DNA of 64,000 nt from Nitrospirales bacterium (GCA_963555755.3 OY820905.2:4416001-4480000); one strand, 5' to 3'; counted from the first letter of the stretch, positions 9,444 through 19,167 are shown. Numbers and translations: made by a program. Notes: a model not told the origin generated them from the letters alone.

Positions 9444-10755
9444 CGAAATTCGTCCCATCAAAATTCATGGTCGTGTCTGTCGAGCCGTCGGGCTGACAAT
9501 TGAAGGAACAGGACCAGTAACCTCTATCGGGCAACGGTGCCAAATTTTTTCTCCCGCCGGTGACCATGTTGAAGCGGAAGTGGTGGGGTTCCGTGACAAT
9601 CGGGTGCTCGTGATGCCACTGGGAGAGGTCCGCGGCATTGGGCCCGGCAGCCGTCTGGTGTATCACCCCGGCAGCCCCAGTGTGAGGGTGGGGTCTGAAT
9701 TATTGGGCCGGGTCCTGGATGGGTTAGGTCATCCGCTGGATGGCAAAGGACCTGTGCTTTCAACCGCCTCCTATCCCTTGTTTTCACCATCCTTCAATCC
9801 ATTGCATCGGGCCCGCATTACCAAACCGTTGGATCTAGGCATTCGTGCCATTAATGGGCTGCTGACCTGCGGACAGGGCCAGAAAATCGGTATTTTCGCT
9901 GGGAGCGGGGTAGGAAAAAGTGTGTTGCTCGGCATGATGTGCCGACAGACAGCTGCGGACGTGACGGTGCTGGCGCTGATTGGAGAGCGTGGTCGTGAGG
10001 TGAAGGAATTTATTGAAAAGGAGTTAGGGGAGGAAGGGTTGAAACGGACTGTGGTCATTGCCGCGACGTCCGATCAACCGCCACTCGTACGACTGCGTGG
10101 AGCGTTTATCGCGACCGCGATTGCCGAGTATTTCCGAGACCAGGGCCAGCACGTGCTCTTGCTCATGGATTCGTTGACGCGCGTCGGCCATGCCCAACGG
10201 GAAGTTGGCTTAGCTGTGGGAGAACCTCCTACGTCAAAAGGATATCCACCCTCGGTGTTTACCGTGCTGCCACGATTGTTGGAACGAGTGGGGCCTACGA
10301 CAACCGGGTCGGTAACAGGGCTATACACGGTGCTGGTGGAAGGGGATGATTTAGCTGACCCCGTCGCTGACTTCGTACGGACCATCCTGGATGGCCATAT
10401 TGTGTTAAGTCGAGACTTGGCTTCTCGTGCCCATTTTCCCGCGATCGATGTGCTCCAAAGCGTGAGTCGTGTGATGCCCGATATCGTTGAGCCTTCACAA
10501 ATGGACTCAGCACGTGCGTTGGTGGAACTGATGTCTCTCTATCGGAATGCAGAAGATCTGATTAATTTGGGGGCGTATCGTAGCGGATCGAATCCTCGAC
10601 TAGATTTGGCGGTCGCCATGATGGACCCGATCACACAGTTTCTTCGCCAAGGGATCGGCGACCGCGCTGACTTGGCAGCGAGTTTGCAGGGCTTGGATCA
10701 ACTAGTCGCGCACGCGCAGGAACTGGGAGGAAAAAGCGTGAAACGTGAAGCGTGA
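9412..10755 (+). CDS. fliI: Flagellar export ATPase FliI
   Basis: GIFAGSGVGKS Walker A, LIGERGREV, MDSLTR, LDGHIVL. Confidence 0.97.
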   Translation: MPRSTLLQRLDEIRPIKIHGRVCRAVGLTIEGTGPVTSIGQRCQIFSPAGDHVEAEVVGFRDNRVLVMPLGEVRGIGPGSRLVYHPGSPSVRVGSELLGRVLDGLGHPLDGKGPVLSTASYPLFSPSFNPLHRARITKPLDLGIRAINGLLTCGQGQKIGIFAGSGVGKSVLLGMMCRQTAADVTVLALIGERGREVKEFIEKELGEEGLKRTVVIAATSDQPPLVRLRGAFIATAIAEYFRDQGQHVLLLMDSLTRVGHAQREVGLAVGEPPTSKGYPPSVFTVLPRLLERVGPTTTGSVTGLYTVLVEGDDLADPVADFVRTILDGHIVLSRDLASRAHFPAIDVLQSVSRVMPDIVEPSQMDSARALVELMSLYRNAEDLINLGAYRSGSNPRLDLAVAMMDPITQFLRQGIGDRADLAASLQGLDQLVAHAQELGGKSVKREA

Positions 10756-10820
10756 AGCGACCAGAGTTAAGAGTGAAAACCCTTCTCCACCCATAACGCA
10801 TCACGCATTACGCATCACGA
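10736..10820. repeat. Inverted heptamer array overlapping the fliI stop
   Basis: gcgtgaa acgtgaa gcgtgaa gcg ... taacgca tcacgca ttacgca tcacga. Confidence 0.78.
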
Positions 10821-10912
10821 AATGGAGCTATGCAAAACCGTGCAACGAAAAAAAAGAGGCGCGTTCAGTGGGTCATTTCTTTCCAGGTGGGAAAAATTTT
10901 CATAGGTAAATT

Positions 10913-11350
10913 ATGAATTGGGGCAACATTGTACGGTTTCGGACGCAAGTGGAAGATATGATCAAGGAGGAGTTAGCCTTGGCAGAATGGGGAAAAAGCC
11001 AGGAAATCACGAAACACGAGATACTCCAGGAGGATTTGCAAACCATTTCTGCAGAGTTGGAACGAAACTTGCCTCATGGCATTGCAGGAGCGTTTATCGA
11101 GGAGCGATATCGATGGTTGGAAGAAACCAGTCAACGGATAGAGCGTCAAGCCCACGTGCTCGGAGAACGAGAGAAGAAAATAGAGGCATTGCAGGATAAG
11201 TTAAAGGATGCGCATCACCAGAGACGAATCATGGAGATAATGATGACCAAACAACAGACCGAACGCCAACAACGAATCCAGAAGCACGAACAACGTGAGC
11301 AGGATGAGCTGGCGGCCTTTCGTGTCTTCGCGGGCAGGGAAGGGGTCTAA
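10913..11350 (+). CDS. fliJ: Flagellar export protein FliJ
   Basis: 145-aa coiled coil after fliI ending ...EQREQDE. Confidence 0.82.
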   Translation: MNWGNIVRFRTQVEDMIKEELALAEWGKSQEITKHEILQEDLQTISAELERNLPHGIAGAFIEERYRWLEETSQRIERQAHVLGEREKKIEALQDKLKDAHHQRRIMEIMMTKQQTERQQRIQKHEQREQDELAAFRVFAGREGV

Positions 11351-11989
11351 TTGATGTTCCCATCGCGTATCGTGACAGTGTGGATCGGGTTGGCATTAGC
11401 CTTGGCCTTGTTCGTGGTGATACCAGTCTACGGAACAGGCAGTGAGAAACAGGCTTCCCCATCTGGCACTCAGGCTGAGAATAGCCAGCCATATGAGGCT
11501 CGGGCTGAGGCTCATGCATCAATGGCTTCTTCCCAAGCGGCGGAACCTCAGGCGTCGTTGCCTGAAATGACGTTGGTGGAGAAGCTCCAGGCTCGTTTGC
11601 AACAGCTCGAAGAACGGGAACAACGTATCCGAGATGACGAACAACGGCTTGGGGTTTTGCGTCGAGACCTTGAACAAATGGCGACACGGCAAGAAAAGGC
11701 GATTGCGGAAGCGATGGCTATTCGCGAAGCGCAAAACGAATCAGGAGGAGAAGACGATGGGTCCCGAAAATCGTTGAAACACTTGATCAAAGTGTATGAA
11801 GCCATGGACCCTGACGAAGCCGCTCTGCGGATTAGCAAGATGAAGGAACCGTTAGCGTTGGATATTCTCGCGGGCATTAAAGAGAAAAAGGCTGCGGGGA
11901 TGTTGGCGGGGATTGAGCCAGTGAAAGCTGCGAAGTTAACAGAAGGGCTACGGTATTACCATCAAAGGAAACGAACGGCGACCCCCTAG
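11351..11989 (+). CDS. MotE/YlxF/FlbB-like protein (TM, coiled coil, MgtE-N-like C-terminus)
   Basis: N-terminal TM; LIKVYEAMDPDEAA...KKAAGMLAGIEPVKAAKLT; position between fliJ and fliK. Confidence 0.75.
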   Translation: MMFPSRIVTVWIGLALALALFVVIPVYGTGSEKQASPSGTQAENSQPYEARAEAHASMASSQAAEPQASLPEMTLVEKLQARLQQLEEREQRIRDDEQRLGVLRRDLEQMATRQEKAIAEAMAIREAQNESGGEDDGSRKSLKHLIKVYEAMDPDEAALRISKMKEPLALDILAGIKEKKAAGMLAGIEPVKAAKLTEGLRYYHQRKRTATP

Positions 11990-12150
11990 GAGCCTGTCCG
12001 AGATGAGCGATCGTCACGAGGTTGTGCCGGTTTGAGTCAGATTTTTCGATCGTTTGAGGCGAATAGTGGTGACTATTTAACAAAAACAATCGGAAAATCT
12101 GGCCAAATCCGGCGCAACCGCAGTAGATCGGTCTAATATCGGACAGGCTC
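11990..12150. mobile_element. MITE family C copy 1 (161 bp)
   Basis: TIR GAGCCTGTCCGAGAT...ATATCGGACAGGCTC; left flank CTAG supplies the upstream stop codon. Confidence 0.85.
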
Positions 12151-12193
12151 CTCACCTGATAATGTCTACATCGTCGTAAGAGCGTGATGTGAT

Positions 12194-13534
12194 ATGAGTA
12201 TCTTTCCTACATCTGTGTTGCCGGAGTTGTCAGCCGCTGACGCAAAGCCCGTCACTGGGGGGGCACCCTTTTCAAAGAGTGGAACCGCCGACAAGATCAC
12301 GGTGACCTCCTTTCCGGCGGTCTTGGCCCAAGCCAATCAACAAGGCACAACATCAAAAGCTCAGCCATCTGGGAAGGATCAATCGGGGAATCCCACGTCA
12401 CCATTCATCCCACAAGGAGAGCCTGAGGGTGAGGTGCCGAGTGGCTCAGATGGCATAGAAAACTTACCGGCAATCCTTACATCGCCCCTACTTGCTCAGC
12501 TAAGTGGATTGGAAGGAGCACCATTGTCTTTGGAGAATGCTTCGGTTCTTCTCTCTTCCACTCGTGTGGTGAAGGGCGCACTTCCCAATGAGGTCGACTT
12601 GGTCGCGACCCAGGTTTCCCTACACACCAGTAGGTCTGTCGTTGGCCACATTCCTCAGGGAGTACCACTGCCAACGGCGGTTGACCAAGACGTTTCACCG
12701 CCGGCATTGACTCGCGAGCCACTCGGACGGGTGCAATCCGGAAGTCCTCTTCCATTGCCGAACGTGCCTCTGTCATTTGTGAATGGGGCGTTCCGGCAAG
12801 GGCAGGTGTTTGGAGAGCCCGTGAATCCGTCCAATCTTTCCACAACGGTCCCTCAGCCTATTCAAGGAATCCTGGCTCCTTCATCAGGAACCCTCAGCAC
12901 GACGGGCAATGAGTCAGCTAGTCATGGCACATTGTCTGTGTTAGGGAAAGGAGAGGGAGAGACGGGAGGAAGTTCTCTTGGGTTTGATCAACGAGGCCAG
13001 CAAGAGAATGGCGCAGCGTTTTCTCACAAACAACATGCCTCGGGTCACACATTGGGTGGTCAGGCAGCCGTGACAGAAACGGGGAGTGAGTTTCGTGTGA
13101 GTGAATCACAATCAGCCGTTCGTCCGGACACGGTCGTCGATCGCTCGCGCGCAATGAACCTATTATCCCCGCAACGGTTGCAAATGGAAGTCATGCTCGC
13201 TAATGAGGCTAAGGTTCTAGTGGATGTGTTCGTCAAGCATCAGCAGGTGTCGACTCAATTGATGACGGACCAATTGATGCTCAGAAATCTCCTCCTTCAA
13301 CATCAACCCCAACTCGATGCTCAACTGTCCTCGGTTGGCCTCGAGTTAAAGCAATTTGGTGCGGAGGTCGGTGAACACGGGTTGTTTGGGCAGCATCTTT
13401 CAGATTCATCTGACCAGCATTCCACAGAAAATTCCGATGGGAGCGAGGTCGATGATGCCTCTGTTCTCCAAGCGTCTGACGTGTTGGTAGGGGCAGGGGT
13501 TGAAGCAGATGGGCGTTTCCACTTTGTGGCGTGA
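12194..13534 (+). CDS. fliK: Flagellar hook-length control protein FliK
   Basis: Long low-complexity S/P/G/Q N-terminus, compact C-terminal domain (LDAQLSSVGLEL), immediately before flgD. Confidence 0.75.
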   Translation: MSIFPTSVLPELSAADAKPVTGGAPFSKSGTADKITVTSFPAVLAQANQQGTTSKAQPSGKDQSGNPTSPFIPQGEPEGEVPSGSDGIENLPAILTSPLLAQLSGLEGAPLSLENASVLLSSTRVVKGALPNEVDLVATQVSLHTSRSVVGHIPQGVPLPTAVDQDVSPPALTREPLGRVQSGSPLPLPNVPLSFVNGAFRQGQVFGEPVNPSNLSTTVPQPIQGILAPSSGTLSTTGNESASHGTLSVLGKGEGETGGSSLGFDQRGQQENGAAFSHKQHASGHTLGGQAAVTETGSEFRVSESQSAVRPDTVVDRSRAMNLLSPQRLQMEVMLANEAKVLVDVFVKHQQVSTQLMTDQLMLRNLLLQHQPQLDAQLSSVGLELKQFGAEVGEHGLFGQHLSDSSDQHSTENSDGSEVDDASVLQASDVLVGAGVEADGRFHFVA

Positions 13535-13559
13535 TCACTATGTCACTACTCAGGTGGAT

Positions 13560-13650
13560 AGACTGAAGGCCGAAGGCTGTTAGGCGGCAATTATGCATGA
13601 TCATACAACACGTCAGGTATTGTGAATGATAGCCTTCAGCCTAAATGCCT
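13560..13650. repeat. Short inverted heptamer array (GGCTGAA / TTCAGCC type)
   Basis: gactgaa ggccgaa ggctgtt aggc ... gcc ttcagcc taaatgcc. Confidence 0.55.
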
Positions 13651-13685
13651 GAGTAGTCACAACACAATAACCTGGTGAGGTCAAC

Positions 13686-14351
13686 ATGGAAGTCAATAGC
13701 ATTCTCGATAATCTTGGGCTGAGACGGGATTTTACGGAGCAAGCGGACGCAACCAATGAGTTGGATCAAAATACCTTCCTGCGGTTGTTTATTGCACAGC
13801 TTGAAAACCAGGATCCCTTGGATCCATCCTCCAGCGAAGAGTTTGTAGCCCAACTCGCGCAATTTTCATCTCTAGAACAAGCGACTCAGACAACCTCACT
13901 GCTTGAAGAACTTCTTGCACAAGGGACTGAGCGCGGCCGCTTTGAAGCCGTCGCACTCATTGGCCATGAGGTGCTCGCCACAGGAAATACTGTCGAGCTT
14001 GATAGTGATGGGGTGGGAAACTTGGTGTATCAAGTAGCCGGTGAGATTTCCTCCGGAACCATTACGATCACTGATTTGACGGGAAAGGTGGTGCGATCCC
14101 TTATCTTAGAAACGCAGGCTGCAGGTCAACAGACCATTGAATGGGATGGGCTTGATAATGAGGGAGAACCGGTTTCCCCAGGTGTCTACCAATTTGCGGT
14201 GAATCCCCTCAATGCAGAAGGTGCCAGTGTGTCGGTGATCACGTTCTTGCGGGAATCTGTCAAAAGTGCAGTGTGGGAAAATGGGCAAACCGAATTGATT
14301 TTAGCCAGTGGTAAATCGTTGTCCACGGATGATGTGTTGTCGGTCTTTTAA
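13686..14351 (+). CDS. flgD: Flagellar hook capping protein FlgD
   Basis: FLRLFIAQLENQDPLDP, QLAQFSSLEQ, WDGLD..G..GVY. Confidence 0.96.
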   Translation: MEVNSILDNLGLRRDFTEQADATNELDQNTFLRLFIAQLENQDPLDPSSSEEFVAQLAQFSSLEQATQTTSLLEELLAQGTERGRFEAVALIGHEVLATGNTVELDSDGVGNLVYQVAGEISSGTITITDLTGKVVRSLILETQAAGQQTIEWDGLDNEGEPVSPGVYQFAVNPLNAEGASVSVITFLRESVKSAVWENGQTELILASGKSLSTDDVLSVF

Positions 14352-14355
14352 GAAA

Positions 14356-14417
14356 GTCGCTGGTCGCTAGGAACTTGGGATCTAATACGCGCTCTTTTTT
14401 CTAGCGACGAGCGACGA
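14356..14417. repeat. Short inverted heptamer array (GTCGCTG / CAGCGAC type)
   Basis: gtcgctg gtcgcta g ... c tagcgac gagcgac ga. Confidence 0.6.
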
Positions 14418-14478
14418 TTCCTTAGTTTGAAAAAATGGTGAATTATTCAACAAACTCTCTTAGGAAGTGAGGTGAATC

Positions 14479-15816
14479 ATGGGACTCCAATCAGCATTTT
14501 TTACGGCCATCAGTGGAATCAGCGCCACAGGTCGCGCGCTTGGTGAAATTGGTAACAACATCGCTAACGCGGAAACGACTGGGTACAAATCACGACGAGT
14601 ATCGTTTGGCGATCTGTTTGGAGCTTCCATTGGAGGGGGGGGGACGTCCACCGCCCTCACGGAAGGACGGGGTGTCAGTGTGATCGGGGTCAATGCCAGT
14701 TTCTCCCAAGGCTCATTGGAAAGTACCTCTAACTCACTGGATTTGGCTATCGATGGAGATGGGTTTTTTCACGTCAGGGGTTCGTCCGGAAATAATTTCT
14801 ACACTCGAGATGGACAGTTTAGTGTCAATAATTCTGGAAACATCGTGAATTCGAAGGGATTTCTCTTGCAGGGATTTGGCGCCAGTCCCAGTGGAACCAT
14901 CTTGGGCACAACCGGCGATCTCTTGTTGTCGACGACACAGGAAGCAGCTTCGGTGACAACCCTTGTTGATGTCGGAGTCAATTTGGATGCCTCATCCACC
15001 GCAACCACTTTTGCGATCGCGGACCCGACAAGCACCTCACAATTTAGTACAGGCATTACGGTTTTTGATTCGCTGGGAACAGCCCATGATCTTACCATTT
15101 ACTTTACCAAAACAGCGAACCTGACATGGAATTATAACGTGGTTGCGCCATCCACTTCCGTGACCGTGGATGCCTCGGCCTTGTCAGGGACGAATGCGCT
15201 GATCTTTACGGGTTCATTAACGTTTACGACTTCTGGAGCGTTGGATACAGAAACGTCCATTGCCTATTACGATGCTTCCTCGGCATCCGTGGGAGGGATC
15301 GATTTTACAGGTGGGTCCGCAGCCACTCAAACGATCACGTTTGATTTTGGGACGAGCATCACCACCGATAGTGGTGGGGCCACAGCCGGGTTAGATGGCA
15401 CGACGCAGTTTGGTTCCACGTCAACGTTGTTGACGCTTTCTCAAGATGGGAAAACGAGTGGCACGCTCATTGGAACGTCAATTAGTGAAACCGGAATTAT
15501 CGTAGGTCGTTTTTCGAACGGAATCACCCGAAACTTGGGCCAGGTTGCCTTGGCTCGGTTCACCAATCCCGATGGGCTCGATGGGATCGGGGGTAATCAG
15601 TTTATTGAAACAGCTGATTCAGGATCACCGCTGACGGGGGCGCCAGGTACCGGAGCCTTTGGAAATGTGATTGCGAACACGTTGGAGTCCTCAAATGTGG
15701 ACTTAGGGGATCAACTTGTCAACATGATTAGAATGCAGCGAGCATTCCAAGCCAATTCGCGAATCATCACCACCACGAATGATCTCTTAGGTGAACTCGT
15801 GAATCTCGCTCGATAA
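14479..15816 (+). CDS. flgE: Flagellar hook protein FlgE
   Basis: GNNIANAETTGYK, DLAIDGDGFF, YTRDGQF, LESSNVDL, QRAFQANSR. Confidence 0.97.
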   Translation: MGLQSAFFTAISGISATGRALGEIGNNIANAETTGYKSRRVSFGDLFGASIGGGGTSTALTEGRGVSVIGVNASFSQGSLESTSNSLDLAIDGDGFFHVRGSSGNNFYTRDGQFSVNNSGNIVNSKGFLLQGFGASPSGTILGTTGDLLLSTTQEAASVTTLVDVGVNLDASSTATTFAIADPTSTSQFSTGITVFDSLGTAHDLTIYFTKTANLTWNYNVVAPSTSVTVDASALSGTNALIFTGSLTFTTSGALDTETSIAYYDASSASVGGIDFTGGSAATQTITFDFGTSITTDSGGATAGLDGTTQFGSTSTLLTLSQDGKTSGTLIGTSISETGIIVGRFSNGITRNLGQVALARFTNPDGLDGIGGNQFIETADSGSPLTGAPGTGAFGNVIANTLESSNVDLGDQLVNMIRMQRAFQANSRIITTTNDLLGELVNLAR

Positions 15817-15844
15817 GACATTTGGTAGGTTTTAACAGTTAGGT

Positions 15845-15886
15845 AAGGGGATTGCTCTTGACGTTAAAGGAGAAATCCCCTTTTTC
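15845..15886 (+). terminator. Probable intrinsic terminator after flgE
   Basis: AAGGGGATT...AATCCCCTT stem followed by a T run. Confidence 0.6.
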
Positions 15887-15892
15887 TTTAAA

Positions 15893-16033
15893 GGGCACTT
15901 CTACAAACCGTCCTTTTCCGTGATGGCGGCGTCAGCCGCGTGCTCATATCCTCATGTATTCGCCCATACACTCCGGTTTTCCGCGCTCGGCTTCCTTGCC
16001 CTCACAAAAAATGCCTGGTTTGTAGAGGTGCCC
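15893..16033. mobile_element. MITE family D copy 1 (141 bp)
   Basis: TIR GGGCACYTCTACAAACC...GGTTTGTAGAGGTGCCC; three more 141-bp copies. Confidence 0.85.
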
Positions 16034-16261
16034 TAAATAATCAAATCAGAAACCGTGGCATAAATACGAAATCCGAATGTGGAGAAAATCCGAAAGTCGA
16101 ATATCGAAATCCGAAACCCATTCAAATGTTCAATTTTCAAATGACCAAAAGGCCGGAAGAGAGACAGTACACGCTTGAACCGAGAAATGGCAGTTGGGCG
16201 CAAAAAAGCTGTGTAAGATATTGCTGTGCATGGTGAAATACAAAAAGTCGTGGTCACCCTA

Positions 16262-16418
16262 GGGTTCGCGCAAGAATACCTCCCCCGGTTTGGGCGTCGA
16301 TCCATCCTGTTTGGCGGCGTTGCTCGTCCTTTCCATACGAGGAGTATGCGCAGTCCTCGCGCCTTGCCAGACAGGTGTCTCAGCACCCAACCAGGAGAAG
16401 GTATTCTTGCGCGAACCC
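16262..16418. mobile_element. MITE family A copy 2 (inside E)
   Basis: GGGTTCGCGCAAGAATA...TATTCTTGCGCGAACCC, 157 bp. Confidence 0.85.
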
Positions 16419-16452
16419 TTAGTGGTGATGAGACCTTTTTGTATTTTGCGAG

Positions 16453-16742
16453 GAGCCTGTCCGAGATTAGCGATCGTGACGAGGGGGGGCTGGTTTGAGT
16501 CAGATGTTTCGATCGTTTGAGGCGAATAGTGGTGACTATTTAACGAAAACGGGGAATGTTCAAAAAGGCCATCCAGCAAGGCCGCAGGGGTTTTGGCGCG
16601 CGGAGCGTACACGGAGTACGTGAGCACGCCAAAAGCCCGAGAACGCAGCTGGGGGCCTTTTTCAACATTCCCCGAAAAGGATCGAAAGATCTGGCCAAAT
16701 CCAGCGCACCCGCAGTAGATCGGTCTAATCTTGGACAGGCTC
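16453..16742. mobile_element. MITE family C copy 2 (inside E, contains B)
   Basis: GAGCCTGTCCGAGATTAG...CTAATCTTGGACAGGCTC. Confidence 0.85.
16550..16674. mobile_element. MITE family B copy 3 (inside C)
   Basis: TIR CGGGGAATGTT...AACATTCCCCG flanked by duplicated AAAA relative to the uninterrupted C at 58127. Confidence 0.85.
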
Positions 16743-16755
16743 CTTGGTGCGCTTA

Positions 16756-17017
16756 GGGTCCGTCACGAAATAACCGGGACAATTGGGAGGCCCAGATTTG
16801 TGATCGGGGCAAGGCGCGACGAGGGAGCAGAGCGGGGCTCTGTGACCGAGGAGCAACGCCGCCCCGGGCCAAAGATGGGCCTCCCCGGAGGGCCGGACGC
16901 TTTTGGGCTCCGCCGGCGTCGCTCATCGCTTCCATACTCCCGGTATGCGCGCTCTTCGCTCCTTGGCTCGCTCCAAAATCGTCTCGGCCAATTGTCCCGG
17001 TTATTTCTCGCAGGTCC
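16756..17017. mobile_element. MITE family F copy 1 with a family G right end
   Basis: Begins GGGTCCGTCACGAAATAACCGGGACAATTGG, ends ...CCGGTTATTTCTCGCAGGTCC. Confidence 0.82.
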
Positions 17018-17230
17018 TAAGAGCTTGCGCGGACTTTTGTGATCCAACTGCCATTTCTAGGTTGAAGGTCCAACAAGCTAATTTGTCCGCTTTGCCCAAG
17101 GGGTCCGTTTGTGACATTCGGGTTTTGGATTTCTGATTTGTTTCGGATTTCGATATTCGTATTTCGATATTCGTATTTCGAATTTCACTGGTCAACGTGA
17201 TGGTGGGGGAAGGCTAAGAGATTTCTCCCA

Positions 17231-17306
17231 AGGGTCGAAATGACAAGAGAGGGTCGAAATGACAAGAGAGGGTCGAAATGACAAGAGAGGGTCGAAATGA
17301 CAAAAG
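17231..17306 (+). repeat. 19-bp tandem repeat, about 4 copies (AGGGTCGAAATGACAAGAG)
   Basis: Three exact units and one degenerate unit; reverse-complement copy of the lead-in at about 42138-42163. Confidence 0.85.
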
Positions 17307-17473
17307 ATAGTGTCAGAATTTACAACCCAGTGATGAGGGTTCTGACGCATCGTCTTTGAGAGGGAGGATGTGTGGTGTAAGGCTACGCGGTGATTTGCTG
17401 TGTTTTTCCAATCTTTTTCCAATCTTTTTCGGCTTTTTGACAAATGCTCCCGTCAATGTTTTGGAAATGTCTT

Positions 17474-17489
17474 TGGCATGAAGGTTGCT
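17474..17489 (+). promoter_or_regulatory. Sigma54 promoter of the fliL operon
   Basis: TGGCAT-GAAGG-TTGCT about 50 bp upstream of fliL. Confidence 0.82.
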
Positions 17490-17541
17490 CTCTTTGGTAT
17501 AGAGGGCTATGTGGGACCATTGACAGGAGTGAGGACATACT

Positions 17542-18057
17542 ATGGCAGATACAGAAGGAAAAGCTGAGGAATTGGCCGAGGGCGGAATGAACAAAAAAAT
17601 GTTACTTCTCGTATTGTTGGTTCTTCTTGTTGTGGGAGGGGGGGGGGCAGGGGTTTTTTTCATGTCTGGGGGATATTCCGAGGGAAAAGAGAAGTCTTCA
17701 GATGCGTATGCGTCGGCAGAATCGAAAGCTGAAGACGAACCGGACCCTGAGTTTATCGGACCGGTTGTTGACTTGGAGCCCTTTGTCTTGAACCTGGCTG
17801 ATCATGATCAGCTTCGGTATCTCAAAGTGGCCATTAAACTCCAATTGGATCGGCCACAAGAAGAAACGGACTTTACCATCAAGCTGCCTGCCATTCGTGA
17901 TGCCTTGCTTGTGCTCTTGACGAGTAAGGAATCCCGATCCTTGCGAACCGTGGATGGGAAGATGTTGGTACGTCATGAAATTGGAGGACGGGTGAATACA
18001 ATCATGAAGAAAGGCAAAATTCAGCAAGTCTACTTTACGGAGTTCATTATTCAATAA
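17542..18057 (+). CDS. fliL: Flagellar basal body-associated protein FliL
   Basis: N-terminal TM, LEPFVLNLAD, IRDALL, VYFTEFIIQ. Confidence 0.95.
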   Translation: MADTEGKAEELAEGGMNKKMLLLVLLVLLVVGGGGAGVFFMSGGYSEGKEKSSDAYASAESKAEDEPDPEFIGPVVDLEPFVLNLADHDQLRYLKVAIKLQLDRPQEETDFTIKLPAIRDALLVLLTSKESRSLRTVDGKMLVRHEIGGRVNTIMKKGKIQQVYFTEFIIQ

Positions 18058-18169
18058 CAAGCGGAAGACGTGAAACGAAAGGCGGATGGGAATGGAGATG
18101 CCATTACGAGATTGTCTCTCTCGTCGTGCCTCTTCCGTTTCCCACCTTCCGATGTAATCTTAGGTATCA

Positions 18170-19150
18170 ATGGATAAAATTCTTTCACAAGATGAAGTCG
18201 ATGCGCTGCTTCGTGGAGTCACCGGCGGTGATGTGGATACGACTCCGGACCCCGAAGAGCCAACGGATGGTCCGGTCCCGTATGATTTAGGAAATCAAGA
18301 GTGGATTGTTCGAGGGCGTATGCCGACCCTCGACATTATCCATCAACAATTTGCGCGGTTGTTCCGTATGGGGTTAGGCGAGGCTTTGCGGAAACCCGTA
18401 GAAGTGACAGTCACGAATCAAGCGGTCATGAAGTTCGGCGATTTTATTAAGCGGCTACCGCTGCCGGCATATTTGACTATTACCTCGATGGAGCCTCTTC
18501 GAGGATTTGCTCTCCTCGCCACTGATGCGGCCACCGTCTATTTGTTGGTGGATCATTTTTTTGGCGGGGCTGGACAGACCCATGTGAAGCCCGAGGGTCA
18601 GGATTTCACCTTGATTGAGCAGCGCGTGATGACGCGCGTGACCAACATGGCGTTGGGCAATTTGGAAAAGGCCTGGGAGCCAGTTCATCAAGTGGCAATC
18701 AAGGCGGTGCGATTTGAAATGAACCCTCAGTTGGCTGCCATCGTCATCCCATCGGAAATTGTCATTGTCATCACGGTGGGGGTTGAGTTGGGCGATGCGG
18801 TCGGGGAGATGCATCTTTGTATACCCTATGCGATGCTGGAGCCCCTGCGGGAAAAACTCCAAACGAGCTTTCAAAGTGATCTCTATGAAGTGGATCAAGG
18901 ATGGATTTCGCGGTTTTGTTCACGGCTCCAAGAGTCCTCGGTGACCATGTCCGTTCAGTTAGGAACCACCACGATTGCCATTGAAGATCTGTATAATTTT
19001 TCACCCGGTGATGTGGTGGTGCTGGAGCAACCCGCCAGTCAGCCTTTACTGGCTTGTATCGAAGGCGTTTCCAAATTTTTGGGGTTTGGAGTGAAACAGA
19101 ATGGCATTCAGCAATTTCGCGTCGATCGAATATTGCTCCCGCCTGAATAG
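18170..19150 (+). CDS. fliM: Flagellar motor switch protein FliM
   Basis: ILSQDEVDALL CheY-binding peptide, RGRMPTL, FTLIEQR. Confidence 0.97.
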   Translation: MDKILSQDEVDALLRGVTGGDVDTTPDPEEPTDGPVPYDLGNQEWIVRGRMPTLDIIHQQFARLFRMGLGEALRKPVEVTVTNQAVMKFGDFIKRLPLPAYLTITSMEPLRGFALLATDAATVYLLVDHFFGGAGQTHVKPEGQDFTLIEQRVMTRVTNMALGNLEKAWEPVHQVAIKAVRFEMNPQLAAIVIPSEIVIVITVGVELGDAVGEMHLCIPYAMLEPLREKLQTSFQSDLYEVDQGWISRFCSRLQESSVTMSVQLGTTTIAIEDLYNFSPGDVVVLEQPASQPLLACIEGVSKFLGFGVKQNGIQQFRVDRILLPPE

Positions 19151-19167
19151 GAGCAGGACGGAGGGGG

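Larger units (their letters stand above)
16179..17062. mobile_element. MITE family E copy 1, carrying A, C(B) and F inserts
   Basis: Ends ACCGAGAAATGGCAGTTGG...CCAACTGCCATTTCTAGGT, flanked by duplicated TGA; matches the empty 164-bp copy at 31526-31689 once inserts are removed. Confidence 0.85.
16061..17185. repeat. H element (AAATCCG / CGGATTT heptamer arms), interrupted by a MITE nest
   Basis: Left arm aaatccgaaagtcgaatatcgaaatccgaaa, right arm tttcggatttcgatattcgtatttcgatattcg; core continues across the family E insertion. Confidence 0.75.

Noticed and set aside
17231..17306. Possible CRISPR array
   Set aside because: Units are directly adjacent with no unique spacers, and no cas genes are present.
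17437..17456. TTGAC...GTCAA inverted repeat as an activator site
   Set aside because: Too short, too close to the sigma54 promoter for a typical enhancer and not repeated at the other two promoters.
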